Shown: positions 9,472 to 19,357 of the stretch, piece after piece
How positions within the stretch are numbered: position 1 is the stretch's first letter
Layout of the letters: each line of letters starts with the position of its first letter
NCBI GenBank assembly: GCA_964589955.1
Contig: CAZPVF010000001.1
Coordinates: 1-62,008 of the forward strand
DNA: 62,008 bases
Direction: 5' to 3'
From: Candidatus Woesearchaeota archaeon
Lineage (GTDB): Archaea; Nanobdellota; Nanobdellia; Pacearchaeales; GW2011-AR1
Notes under the pieces: generated by a model
Told to the model about the DNA's origin: nothing
The model's database searches: none
The model's input: the letters and a program-made list of their open reading frames with translations, nothing else
Position numbers and translations under genes: made by a program

Positions 9472-9861
9472 ATGAGTCTAGCTGATTTACTTACACAAAA
9501 CCCGAAATTAAGTGTTGTGGTAGTAGCCTTCTTAATAACTCTTATTATGACGTTGATTACTAAGAAATTTACTAATCAAAAAAGGATGAAAGAGTTAAAA
9601 GAAAAACAAAAAGAACTTCAGAAAAACATTAGAGGAGACCCATCCCAAATGGCCAAATCCAATAAGGAAATGATGGATATATCAATGGAGTTAATGAAAC
9701 ACTCATTTAAACCAATGATTTTTACACTTGTTCCATTATTACTCTTTTTTATGTGGCTTAGAGGAATATATGAACCAATCCTATCTAGCTGGTTCTGGTG
9801 GTACTTAGGATCTGGAATAATTTCCAGTATTGTTCTTAGGAAAGCTTTAAAAGTAGTTTAA
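9472..9861 (+). CDS. DUF106/EMC3-like membrane protein (archaeal YidC/Oxa1-type insertase candidate)
   Basis: 129 aa; TM, then a charged coiled-coil (KRMKELKEKQKELQK), then 2 TM; conserved neighbourhood downstream of secY. Confidence 0.7.
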   Translation: MSLADLLTQNPKLSVVVVAFLITLIMTLITKKFTNQKRMKELKEKQKELQKNIRGDPSQMAKSNKEMMDISMELMKHSFKPMIFTLVPLLLFFMWLRGIYEPILSSWFWWYLGSGIISSIVLRKALKVV

Positions 9862-9874
9862 TTCTTAATTTTAA

Positions 9875-10279
9875 ATGGATCAAGAACAACAAGAATTAAT
9901 GTTCAAATTAAGTATTTTCGAACAGCAAATAAAAGCAGTTCAGGAGCAATTACAAGCAGTTGAACAAGCAATAGTTGAGGCTAATTCTTTAAAATTTGGT
10001 CTTGAAGACTTAAAACAAGGTAAAGAAAAAGAAGTTCTAGCAGGAATTGGCAAAGGAATCTTTATCAAAACAAAAATTACACAAGAAGATTTAATTGTTG
10101 ATGTTGGGGGCAAAAATTTTGTAAAAAAGACAGTTAAAGAAACACAAGAATTAATCGGTGAACAGATTAAAAAACTTGAGGACATAAGAAAGGATTTAGA
10201 AGATAGACTTGAAGAAATTAACGAAGAATTAACAAAGACATTCATTTCTGCTCAAGAAAAAGGGAAAAAATCTAAGTAA
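9875..10279 (+). CDS. pfdA: prefoldin alpha subunit
   Basis: 134 aa; coiled-coil, two beta-hairpin core (VLAGIGKGIFIKTKI...LIVDVGGKNFVKKTVKE), coiled-coil. Confidence 0.75.
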   Translation: MDQEQQELMFKLSIFEQQIKAVQEQLQAVEQAIVEANSLKFGLEDLKQGKEKEVLAGIGKGIFIKTKITQEDLIVDVGGKNFVKKTVKETQELIGEQIKKLEDIRKDLEDRLEEINEELTKTFISAQEKGKKSK

Positions 10280-11093
10280 CTTTTTTTAAAAAATCATTAT
10301 AACCAAGACAACCAAATTCAGTAATTACTTTATTTATAAAAACCTTAGGAACAAACTCAAATGCAGGATTTACTATTTTAATATTTTTTGGAGCTCTATC
10401 CCAAATTTCATTTAAATTTCTCTTCTCTAAGTTAGGTGAATGTTTTGTAAACTTCCATGAATCTGCTATAATGTAAACAGGAATTTTCTCTTCTCTAGCA
10501 ATTCTTACAATAACTTCACTTCCAACTTTATTAATTATTCCTTCTTTTAATATAGCATCTGCACCCAAAAAAACTTTTGATACTTTCTTTGTTCCTTGTT
10601 CTTTTGATAGAGCAATCCCAACTGCAGAATCTACAAATTCAGTTACTTTTATTTTTGCTCTAGCTAATTCTCTTGAGGTTTTTCTTCCTTGGTAAAGAGG
10701 TCTTGTCTCTGTATTATATACTTCAAACTTTTTTTTATTTATTTTAGCAAAAACAAGAGAATTGACAACATTAGTAGAATGGCAGTGTGTAAAAATTACA
10801 TCTCCGGACTTAATTAATTTCAAAACATTTTTATTAATTTGATTTTGAGCTTCTTTAAAATGACTAAGAATTTCTTTTTTTGATAAAGTTTGTGTGAGAT
10901 TTAGTACTTTTTCCATCATTGGTTCTGTGGGGCGAATTTTTAGTAATTTCCTCTTAGACTTCTCTTTAGGAATTAAATAGTAAGCATTAAGAGCTGCTTT
11001 AGCTATATTTCTTGCGCCTTGAATTTTGATTGATTTAATGTCCTTGCAAATCTTATTAAACTTCCTCTTTTTTTTAAAGTAACTAATCACCAT
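10272..11093 (-). CDS. eIF-2B alpha/beta/delta family protein (candidate ribose-1,5-bisphosphate isomerase)
   Basis: IQGARNIAKAAL...THCHSTNV...TETRPLYQGRKT...LGADAILKEGIINKVGS. Confidence 0.75.
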   Translation of the reverse strand: MVISYFKKKRKFNKICKDIKSIKIQGARNIAKAALNAYYLIPKEKSKRKLLKIRPTEPMMEKVLNLTQTLSKKEILSHFKEAQNQINKNVLKLIKSGDVIFTHCHSTNVVNSLVFAKINKKKFEVYNTETRPLYQGRKTSRELARAKIKVTEFVDSAVGIALSKEQGTKKVSKVFLGADAILKEGIINKVGSEVIVRIAREEKIPVYIIADSWKFTKHSPNLEKRNLNEIWDRAPKNIKIVNPAFEFVPKVFINKVITEFGCLGYNDFLKKVT

Positions 11094-11144
11094 TAATAAA
11101 CAAAAATGAAGAAACTTTAAAAATTCTCCTTACCTTGCCTTAGA

Positions 11145-12005
11145 ATGCTAGAATCAATTATTAATCCAAAAAAAGTAGAAAAAGGAACATGGAAAATGCT
11201 CTTTATAGGACTTATTTATGGATCACTATCACTACTTCTTGTTGAGTGGTTTTTTGCTGGAGATTTAGTTTTAAATAAATACTCAGGGATGATTGTTGTT
11301 ACTTTTTGTGTTATGTTTAGTCTGCCTTTTATGTATTATTTAATAAAGCAAGAAGAAAGCGAGGATGAAGAAGTTGAAGGATTTTTTACTGTTTGGAAAG
11401 TTCATAAAAATGCAATTTTTGCATTCATGTGGCTATTTTTAGGCTTTGTTATCTCTTTTTCTATATGGTATATGATCTTAGTTGATTCTAATTTGTTTAA
11501 TGCTCAAATTGAAACATACTGTATGATAAATAGTCCTGGAAATATTGAAGGTTGTGTTGCAAAATATGATATTGAATCCCAAGCTGCAGCAACAGGAGCT
11601 GCAACAAAAGAGATGAGATTTTTATCAATAATTGAAAATAATATTTATGTTATGATATTTACCCTTATATTCTCGCTTATTTTTGGTGCAGGAGCAATTT
11701 TTGTACTAGCATGGAATGCAAGTGTGATTTCAGCAGCAGTAGGTATCTTTACAAGTTATGACATTGTGGACATTCCTTTTGGACTTTTTAGATATATGAT
11801 TCATGGCTTTCCTGAAATTGCTGCTTACTTTATTACTGCACTAGCCGGAGGCATATTTGGTGTGGGAATAATAAAAAATGGGATAAAGGGGCCTAAATTC
11901 TTAAGAGTAGTTGAAAATGTAGTTATACTATTATTCATGTCTATCATAATATTAATAATTGCAGCAGTAATAGAAGTCTACTTTACACCTCTTCTTTTTA
12001 GTTAA
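11145..12005 (+). CDS. SpoIIM-like (DUF95) integral membrane protein
   Basis: Multi-TM; NNIYVMIFTLIFSLIFGAGAIFVLAWNAS...HGFPEIAAYFI resembles the stage II sporulation protein M family. Confidence 0.6.
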   Translation: MLESIINPKKVEKGTWKMLFIGLIYGSLSLLLVEWFFAGDLVLNKYSGMIVVTFCVMFSLPFMYYLIKQEESEDEEVEGFFTVWKVHKNAIFAFMWLFLGFVISFSIWYMILVDSNLFNAQIETYCMINSPGNIEGCVAKYDIESQAAATGAATKEMRFLSIIENNIYVMIFTLIFSLIFGAGAIFVLAWNASVISAAVGIFTSYDIVDIPFGLFRYMIHGFPEIAAYFITALAGGIFGVGIIKNGIKGPKFLRVVENVVILLFMSIIILIIAAVIEVYFTPLLFS

Positions 12006-12055
12006 GGAGTATTCTTAGGGAATATTTAAATACAAACAAATAACAATAATTTTTA

Positions 12056-13054
12056 ATGGAACCTTTAATATTAGTAAGCATCGCGATAAGTTTTTTTATT
12101 ACATACCTAACACTTCCTCTCTGGATAAAAAAAGCAAAGCAAATTGGCTTAATGTGGGAAGACATGAATAAAACAGAAAGGCCAAAAATAGCTGGTTCTG
12201 GTGGTGCAATGGTTGTTCTTGGTTTTTCAATAGGGGTTTTAATGTATGTTGCATTGCAAACTTTTATCTTTAACTCAAGCACACATTTAATAGAAATATT
12301 GGCTCTATTTTCTGTTATACTTTTAGTTAGTGGAATTGCACTAATAGATGATTTATTTGGATGGAGAAAAGGAGGCTTATCTAAGAGATCAAGAATAATA
12401 TTAGTAATTTTTACTGCAATTCCATTAATGGTTATTAATGCTGGAACATCTTCAGTATTTCTTCCAATAATAGGGGGGATTGATTTGGGCATAATATATC
12501 CTCTTATTTTTATTCCGATGGGTATTCTTGGAGCAACAACAACATACAATTTTCTTGCAGGATATAACGGGCTAGAAGCTAGTCAGGGAATTTTAGTTCT
12601 AGGAGCTCTATCAATAGTTACATATATCACTGGAAATCCTTGGCTAAGTGTAATTTGCCTTTATGGTGTTTCTGTCCTATTAGCTTTTTACATATTTAAT
12701 TTTCATCCAGCAAGAGTATTTCCTGGAGATATAATGACTTATGCTGTGGGCGCTCTTATTGCAACAGTAGCAATACTTGGAAATATTGAAAAAATTGCAA
12801 TCATCTTCTTTATACCCTATATTATTGAATTCTTCTTGAAAGTTAGAGGAAAATTAAATAAACCTAGTTTTGGAAAAACAAATTCAGATGGAAGCCTAGA
12901 AGTACCTTATAAAAAAATGTACGGATTAACACATATTTCAATAAAAATATTAAAGAAAATTAAAGGAAATAAAAAAGTTTATGAAAAAGAAGTTGTCTGG
13001 TTAATTAATGTTTTTCAATTAATATTTATTTTAATAGGATTCTTAATACTGTAA
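12056..13054 (+). CDS. aglH: dolichyl-phosphate HexNAc-1-phosphate transferase (MraY/WecA/AglH family)
   Basis: Polytopic; IDDLFGWRKG, NFLAGYNGLEASQG, FPGDIMTYAVGA motifs of the GPT family; directly upstream of aglB. Confidence 0.8.
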   Translation: MEPLILVSIAISFFITYLTLPLWIKKAKQIGLMWEDMNKTERPKIAGSGGAMVVLGFSIGVLMYVALQTFIFNSSTHLIEILALFSVILLVSGIALIDDLFGWRKGGLSKRSRIILVIFTAIPLMVINAGTSSVFLPIIGGIDLGIIYPLIFIPMGILGATTTYNFLAGYNGLEASQGILVLGALSIVTYITGNPWLSVICLYGVSVLLAFYIFNFHPARVFPGDIMTYAVGALIATVAILGNIEKIAIIFFIPYIIEFFLKVRGKLNKPSFGKTNSDGSLEVPYKKMYGLTHISIKILKKIKGNKKVYEKEVVWLINVFQLIFILIGFLIL

Positions 13055-13101
13055 TAAAAAAATCTAGATAACTTTAAAAACAAACAAAATCACGTTATAA
13101 G

Positions 13102-15813
13102 ATGGTTGATAGCGAGGAGATAAAAATAGATTATAAGAAAGTATTAGATTTTGCTGCAAATAAGAGGGTAATAAATGTCTTTATACTAATTGTATTTTTA
13201 ATTCTAATTATTTGGACTACTTCAATTAGGACTCAAAATCTTTCCTTATTAATTGATACTACATCTGGAGAGTATATTCCTCTAGCTCTTGATCCTTTTT
13301 ATTTTTTAAGAGTTGCAGAAACAATGATTTCTCCTGGTGGTTTACCAGAATATGATGCAATGAGAAATCCACCATTAAAAGTTCCATTTACGCAAGAAAT
13401 TTTGCCAGAAATTGTTGTTGGAACATATAAAATATTTAAAATATTTTCTCCTGATATAACGATAAGAGAAGTGCATGTTCTTAATCCTGTTGTATTCTTT
13501 ATTTTGGGTATAATTGTCTTCTTCTTCCTAGTCTATTTTTTAACAAACTCCAAATTAACTGCTTTAGCAAGTAGCATTTTCTTAGGTTTTATTCCTCCAT
13601 ATTTATATAGAACAATGGCTGGTTTTGCAGATCATGAATCAATAGGAATGTTTACTTTTTTTCTTACACTTGCTCTTTTGACTATATCTTTAAAATTATT
13701 AGATAAAAACAAACTAAAAGGAAAATATGCTCTTATTGCAGGTGCAATATTTGGTATAATCTCTTCACTAACAATCAGAAGTTGGCAAGGTATTGGAACA
13801 TTTATATTTATAATAATTCCAGTAAGTTTTCTTATCTACTGGCTAATTAACACAAAAGAACTTCATGAAGTAGGGCAGAAAAAAGCAAGGTACATAATCT
13901 ATTTTTATTTTGCCTGGTTGATATTTACTGTTCTTTTTGAGCTTTTTATGGGGGTTTCTATTGCTACAACAACTAGCAGATTCTTATTTAGTGCTAGTGG
14001 GATGATTGCACCAACCCTTCTTTTATTTATGCCAATAGATTATACTCTTGCAACCAAAGGACACAAGATAACTCATAAAAACATAAAGAAAAAAAGAGTT
14101 TTAATAAGTATTATAATAACTATTATTTTAGGACTAATTCTTTATGCTATTTTTGTAGGAAATGTTGGAGACATTATTTCTAAAGTAACAAACAGATTAA
14201 TAAATCCTTTTGAAACAGGAAGAGTTGGTATTACTGTTGCTGAAAACAAACAACCATATCTAACTGATTGGTTTTCTCAAATAGGAAAAAGTTTTTTCTG
14301 GCTTTTTTTCATAGGAAGTGTTCTTGCTGGAATAAATGTAGCAAGAGGAATAAAGCACAATAAGTATAAAGTTTATTTTAGTCTTGCGTGGATTATTTTT
14401 ATTTCAAGCATCTTGTTTAGTAGAATTTCAGCAAATTCGGCATTTAATGGAGAAAATGCTATAAGTCAGTGGTTTTATTTCATAGGTGCTGCAATATTTC
14501 TAGTTTGCTTAATCCTAATCTATATAAGATCTAGTGTAAAAATAAAAACAGAATTAATAATTTTAGTTGCAATTTTGATTCCAATGATCATGGTCACAAG
14601 AGGTGCAATAAGATTATTTTTTGTTATTGTTCCATTTGTTTGTATAATGGTTGGATACTTACTACTCTACTTATTTAAATTTGCAAAAAAATATAAAGAT
14701 GATGTAGTGAGGTTTTTATTAATAGCTAGCGCAATTGCTTGCATTATTCTTATTATAATAAGCATGGTAAGTTTTGTAAAAGGAGTTACTTCTCAAGCAA
14801 AGTTTACTGGCCCTTCTGCAAACCAACAGTGGCAAAAAGCAATGAGTTGGGTAAGAAATAATACTCCTGAAGAATCAATATTTGTTCACTGGTGGGATTA
14901 TGGATATTGGGTGCAGTATTTAGGAAAAAGAGCAACAGTCACAGATGGAGGACATGCAAATAATTTTTGGGACCATTTAGTAGGAAGATATGTTTTAACA
15001 AACCCTAATCCTGATTCAGCACTAAGTTTTATGAAAGCGCAAGATGTTTCTTATCTTCTAATAGATCCTACAGATATTGGAAAATATCCTGCATATAGTA
15101 GTATTGGTAGCGGAGAAGGTGAAACTGATAAAGATAGATATTCCTGGATCTATGTTCTTTCTGCAGATCAAACACAGATGCAAGAAACCAGAAATGGAAC
15201 TCTAAGAGTATATGTTGGAAACATTCCTCTAGACGAAGATATTATCTATGAAGAAAATGGTTCTCAAGTATTCCTTCCTTCAGGAAAAGCAGGATTAGTT
15301 GCAATACTTTTTGAAACAATTGAAACAGATACTCAAACACAATTTAAACAACCCCAAGGAATATTTGTATACAATGGAAAACAACATAGAATTCCAATAA
15401 GATACATCGAGTATGAGGAGATGTTTACTGACTTTAAAATTGGTGTTGAAGCAACAGCAAAAATATTTCCAAGAGTGGTAAATGTTGGGGGAGGAATTCA
15501 AATTGACCCTATTGGAACAATTATGTATTTATCCCCAAAAGTATCAGAAAGTTTATTTGCACAGTTATACTTAATGAATGATCCTCAAAATTTATATCCC
15601 ACATTAAATCTTTCCCACTCAGAACCAGACCCTATAGTGGAAAATCTTTTAGCACAAAACGCCCAAGTAACAGAATTCATATATTACCAGGGTATAAGAG
15701 GGCCAATTAAGGTGTGGGAAGTCAATTATCCTGAGGACATAATTGGAAGAGAAGAATTCTTAAGAAAGAGAGGAGAGTATGCAGAATTTGATAATTTAGA
15801 TTTTAGAAAATGA
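13102..15813 (+). CDS. aglB: oligosaccharyltransferase AglB (STT3 family)
   Basis: 903 aa; about 13 TM N-domain; WWDYGYW catalytic motif (FVHWWDYGYWVQY). Confidence 0.95.
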   Translation: MVDSEEIKIDYKKVLDFAANKRVINVFILIVFLILIIWTTSIRTQNLSLLIDTTSGEYIPLALDPFYFLRVAETMISPGGLPEYDAMRNPPLKVPFTQEILPEIVVGTYKIFKIFSPDITIREVHVLNPVVFFILGIIVFFFLVYFLTNSKLTALASSIFLGFIPPYLYRTMAGFADHESIGMFTFFLTLALLTISLKLLDKNKLKGKYALIAGAIFGIISSLTIRSWQGIGTFIFIIIPVSFLIYWLINTKELHEVGQKKARYIIYFYFAWLIFTVLFELFMGVSIATTTSRFLFSASGMIAPTLLLFMPIDYTLATKGHKITHKNIKKKRVLISIIITIILGLILYAIFVGNVGDIISKVTNRLINPFETGRVGITVAENKQPYLTDWFSQIGKSFFWLFFIGSVLAGINVARGIKHNKYKVYFSLAWIIFISSILFSRISANSAFNGENAISQWFYFIGAAIFLVCLILIYIRSSVKIKTELIILVAILIPMIMVTRGAIRLFFVIVPFVCIMVGYLLLYLFKFAKKYKDDVVRFLLIASAIACIILIIISMVSFVKGVTSQAKFTGPSANQQWQKAMSWVRNNTPEESIFVHWWDYGYWVQYLGKRATVTDGGHANNFWDHLVGRYVLTNPNPDSALSFMKAQDVSYLLIDPTDIGKYPAYSSIGSGEGETDKDRYSWIYVLSADQTQMQETRNGTLRVYVGNIPLDEDIIYEENGSQVFLPSGKAGLVAILFETIETDTQTQFKQPQGIFVYNGKQHRIPIRYIEYEEMFTDFKIGVEATAKIFPRVVNVGGGIQIDPIGTIMYLSPKVSESLFAQLYLMNDPQNLYPTLNLSHSEPDPIVENLLAQNAQVTEFIYYQGIRGPIKVWEVNYPEDIIGREEFLRKRGEYAEFDNLDFRK

Positions 15814-16922
15814 AAAAACACTCCAAAATAGCAATAATTATTGGAACAAAAGCAGAATTAATAAAATGCATGCCAATAATGAAAGAACTTGAAAAGAAAG
15901 GCAAAGATTACTGGTTTATTCACACAGGACAGCATCCGATGGGTCCTGCATGTTTAGAATTCAAAATTAAAAAACCTGATTTTATACTTAGCCCAGAACC
16001 AACAATCTCAACAAAATTTTGGTCAAAAATAAGCAGAGTTGCTTTTATTTGGAACATTGAGATGATCCTAAAGATTAGAAGACTATTAAAAAAATTAAAG
16101 CCAAAATATGTTATTTATCACGGAGACACAATGAGTACCAGCAGTGCTGCAATTGGTTCAAGTGTTGCATTAAATCCAAAAAAGACATGGAAAAATGTTC
16201 ATCTAGAAGCAGGTTTGAGAAGCGGTTCAACATGGGAACCTTTTCCAGAAGAAATTTCTAGAAGAATTTCAGATAAATACTCAGATATTTTACTTGCGGT
16301 TTCAGACCTAACAGAAAAAATATTAAAAAAATCTTACAAAAATAAAAAAATAATAAAAACAGGAAATACAATTGTTGATTCTTCTGATATGATATACAAA
16401 ATTTCTAAAAAAACAATGAAGAAAATAAAGGGCCAATATGCACTAATTAATCTTCATAGACACGAAAACTTAAGAAGTAAAAAAAGAATGCATCAAATAG
16501 CTGAAGTAATAAAAAGTATTGGTATAAAGGCTGTATGGCCTCTTCATGACAACACAGAGTATTATCTAAAAAAATATAATCTTATGAATGAACTTAAAGG
16601 TATAAAAAACCTTGAAATAATTCCTCTTGTTGATTACTTTACATTTATATTTCTTTTAGCTAACTGCAAATACTTAATAACAGATGGAGGAAGCATACAA
16701 GAGGAAAGTTTAGTTTTCAAAAAGCCTTGTGTTCTTTTAAGAAAAAAAACTGAGAGGCCTGAAGGATTAAAAAGTGGATTTAATTTTCTTACTGGAATGG
16801 ATGTGAATAATACAAAAAAATTAATTAAAAAGATTGAAGCGAATAAAATAAAAGTAAAGAAATTTAAAAATCCTTATGGGGAAGTAGGTCTTACAAAAAA
16901 AATTATAGATATTTTAAAATGA
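15810..16922 (+). CDS. UDP-N-acetylglucosamine 2-epimerase family protein
   Basis: IIIGTKAELIKCMPI...HTGQH...HLEAGLRS...PFPEEISRR epimerase_2 motifs. Confidence 0.8.
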   Translation: MKKHSKIAIIIGTKAELIKCMPIMKELEKKGKDYWFIHTGQHPMGPACLEFKIKKPDFILSPEPTISTKFWSKISRVAFIWNIEMILKIRRLLKKLKPKYVIYHGDTMSTSSAAIGSSVALNPKKTWKNVHLEAGLRSGSTWEPFPEEISRRISDKYSDILLAVSDLTEKILKKSYKNKKIIKTGNTIVDSSDMIYKISKKTMKKIKGQYALINLHRHENLRSKKRMHQIAEVIKSIGIKAVWPLHDNTEYYLKKYNLMNELKGIKNLEIIPLVDYFTFIFLLANCKYLITDGGSIQEESLVFKKPCVLLRKKTERPEGLKSGFNFLTGMDVNNTKKLIKKIEANKIKVKKFKNPYGEVGLTKKIIDILK

Positions 16923-18010
16923 AAGTATATCTTCAATTTCCATGGAAAGTTTCTGATAGCACATACTATACAAACATAATAAATTATCCTCCTAAAGGGA
17001 TTGTATACAATGTTAAAAGGAAAAAAAGTGGGATCATTACTAGTAAAAAAAAGTTTAAAATAAATAATAAAATAAAAGAATTAATAAGAGTCTCCTTAAA
17101 TAAAATAAATCTTCCAATACCAAACGCACACAAAACAAACTACAAAGGCCATTATGATCTTATTCACTGTGCACATTGCTTAAGTTTAAATAAAAGACCC
17201 TGGGTTGCTGATTTTGAAGGTGTTTGGCAAATGTGGGTATCTGGAGACAGAACAAAAAGAGGTAAAAAAATTGTTCAAGATATAATTGAGGATAAAAACT
17301 GTAAAAAAATTATGTGTTGGTGTGATGACACAAAAAAAGAATTTCTTAAGACATATCCTAAAATAGAAAAAAAATTAGAAATAGTTTATCCTGCATTTCC
17401 CTTAAAGAAAGTAAAAAAGAAATTAGGTAAAAAAATTAAAATTCTTTATGCAGCAAGATACTTTTGGCTTAAAGGAGGATTAATATCACTTAAAGTACTC
17501 GATTTTCTCCTCAACAAATACAAAAATTTAGAAGTTGTATTTATTTCTGATGTTCCAAAAGAAATAAAAGAAAAATATCCAAAAATACAATTTTTTGATC
17601 TTCTTCCAAAAGAAAAAATGTTTGAACAACTAAAAACCGCAGATATCTTCTTTTATCCAAGCCTTGTAGACACATTTGGGTTCACTGTTCTTGAAGCAAT
17701 GTCATTTGGAATTCCTATTATTAGTGTAAATACAATACAAACTCATGCAAGAAAAGAGATGATGCAAGACAAAATTAATGGTTTTCTAATAGAAGTATCT
17801 GGTAGGCTTAAAAGAAAAAGTATTGGTAAAGAAGAGGAAAAACTAGTAAGAAAATTGATAGAAAAAACATCTATTTTAATAGAAAATAAAAAATTAAGAG
17901 AAAAAATGAGTAAAAATTGTATTAAATTAATAAAGAATGGAAAATTTTCTATCAAAAATAGGAACAAAAAATTAAAAAGCATATACACTCAGGCATTAAA
18001 AGAGAAATAG
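16919..18010 (+). CDS. glycosyltransferase, GT-B fold (GT4-like)
   Basis: C-terminal DTFGFTVLEAMSFGIPIIS motif. Confidence 0.75.
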   Translation: MKVYLQFPWKVSDSTYYTNIINYPPKGIVYNVKRKKSGIITSKKKFKINNKIKELIRVSLNKINLPIPNAHKTNYKGHYDLIHCAHCLSLNKRPWVADFEGVWQMWVSGDRTKRGKKIVQDIIEDKNCKKIMCWCDDTKKEFLKTYPKIEKKLEIVYPAFPLKKVKKKLGKKIKILYAARYFWLKGGLISLKVLDFLLNKYKNLEVVFISDVPKEIKEKYPKIQFFDLLPKEKMFEQLKTADIFFYPSLVDTFGFTVLEAMSFGIPIISVNTIQTHARKEMMQDKINGFLIEVSGRLKRKSIGKEEEKLVRKLIEKTSILIENKKLREKMSKNCIKLIKNGKFSIKNRNKKLKSIYTQALKEK

Positions 18011-18060
18011 TTGCAGTTCAGCACGAAAATATTTATAAAACATTTTTTTTTCACTAAAAA

Positions 18061-19356
18061 ATGGATGAGATAAAAGAGATACAAGAATGTCGGTCTTGCC
18101 ATTCAAAAGAGTTGACCCCTATTATTTCTTTAGGACACCAATATATTAGCAATTTTCTGAAGCCAGAGGACCAAAATCAGGGATCAAAGGTGCCATTAGA
18201 TCTTGTTCTATGCTCAGAATGCAAACTGCTACAATTAAAACATAACGCGCCAGATAATGAGATGTGGGGTGACCAGTATTGGTATAAATCTGGAATAAAT
18301 AAACTTATAAGAGAAGATCTAAAAGACATAGCAGACTGTGCTGAAAAAATAATAAGTTTAAGAGAGGGTGATTTAGTAATCGATATTGGGTGTAATGACG
18401 GAACTTTGTTTGAATTTTATGATAAAGAAGGCGTAGAAATAGTGGGTTTTGAACCTTCAGTAAATGTAGCAAAAGAGGCTGCAGCAAAAAAATTTAAGAT
18501 TATTAACAATTTTTTTAATGCAGAAGATTTTAAAAAAAATTTTGGAGAAAAAAAGGCAAAAATTATCACTGCAATATCAATGTTTTATGACCTAGATAAT
18601 CCAAATAAATTTTTAGAGGATATTCTTTCAATTCTTGATGAAGATGGTCTTTTTATAATTCAACAAAATTATCTAACAACTATGCTTGAAAAAAATGCAT
18701 TTGATAACATTTGCCACGAACATAGAGCATATCACTCACTTGCTTCACTAAAAACACTTCTATCAAAACATGGTTTAGAAATATTTGATGTTAAATTAAG
18801 AGATATAAATGGGGGCAGCATTAGGACATATGTCAGAAGAAAAGAGAACGCTAAGTTATCTCCTTTCAAAGGAGCAAAAAAGAGAATATTACAACTAGAA
18901 GATAGAGAGAGAAAGTTAGGATTAGACACAAATAGACCTTATTTTGAATTTGCGAGCAGAATTGAGAATATAAAATATCAAATACTAAAATTTATAGAAA
19001 GTGAAAAATCAAAGGGAAAAACTTTTGGCCTATGTGGGGCTTCAACAAGAGGAAATACAACACTACAATATTTTGGAATAACTCCTGAACATGTTATTGC
19101 TGCTGCAGAAGCAAATCCAGATAAGTGGGGAAAAGTCACTATAGGAACAAGAATACCAATAGTTTCTATTGATGAGATGAAAAAAATAAATCCAGACTAT
19201 CAAATTGTTCTTATCTGGCATCTATATGAAGGATTAATGGATAAAGAAAAAAATTATCTAAACCAAGGAGGAAAATTTATTTTGCCACTCCCAGAATTTA
19301 AAATAATTGGGTTATCAAAAGAATTTAATAAATTAATGGTAAAAAGTTTTTTATAG
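18061..19356 (+). CDS. SAM-dependent NDP-hexose C-methyltransferase family protein
   Basis: N-terminal Zn-ribbon CRSC...CSEC, class I MTase core DIGCNDG, C-terminal C-methyltransferase-like domain (TylC3-like architecture). Confidence 0.7.
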   Translation: MDEIKEIQECRSCHSKELTPIISLGHQYISNFLKPEDQNQGSKVPLDLVLCSECKLLQLKHNAPDNEMWGDQYWYKSGINKLIREDLKDIADCAEKIISLREGDLVIDIGCNDGTLFEFYDKEGVEIVGFEPSVNVAKEAAAKKFKIINNFFNAEDFKKNFGEKKAKIITAISMFYDLDNPNKFLEDILSILDEDGLFIIQQNYLTTMLEKNAFDNICHEHRAYHSLASLKTLLSKHGLEIFDVKLRDINGGSIRTYVRRKENAKLSPFKGAKKRILQLEDRERKLGLDTNRPYFEFASRIENIKYQILKFIESEKSKGKTFGLCGASTRGNTTLQYFGITPEHVIAAAEANPDKWGKVTIGTRIPIVSIDEMKKINPDYQIVLIWHLYEGLMDKEKNYLNQGGKFILPLPEFKIIGLSKEFNKLMVKSFL

Positions 19357-19357
19357 T

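Noticed and set aside
11998-12549. 183-aa minus-strand ORF
   Set aside because: It is antisense to the AglH-type GPT gene, which has clear family motifs. Such shadow ORFs are typical of membrane protein genes.
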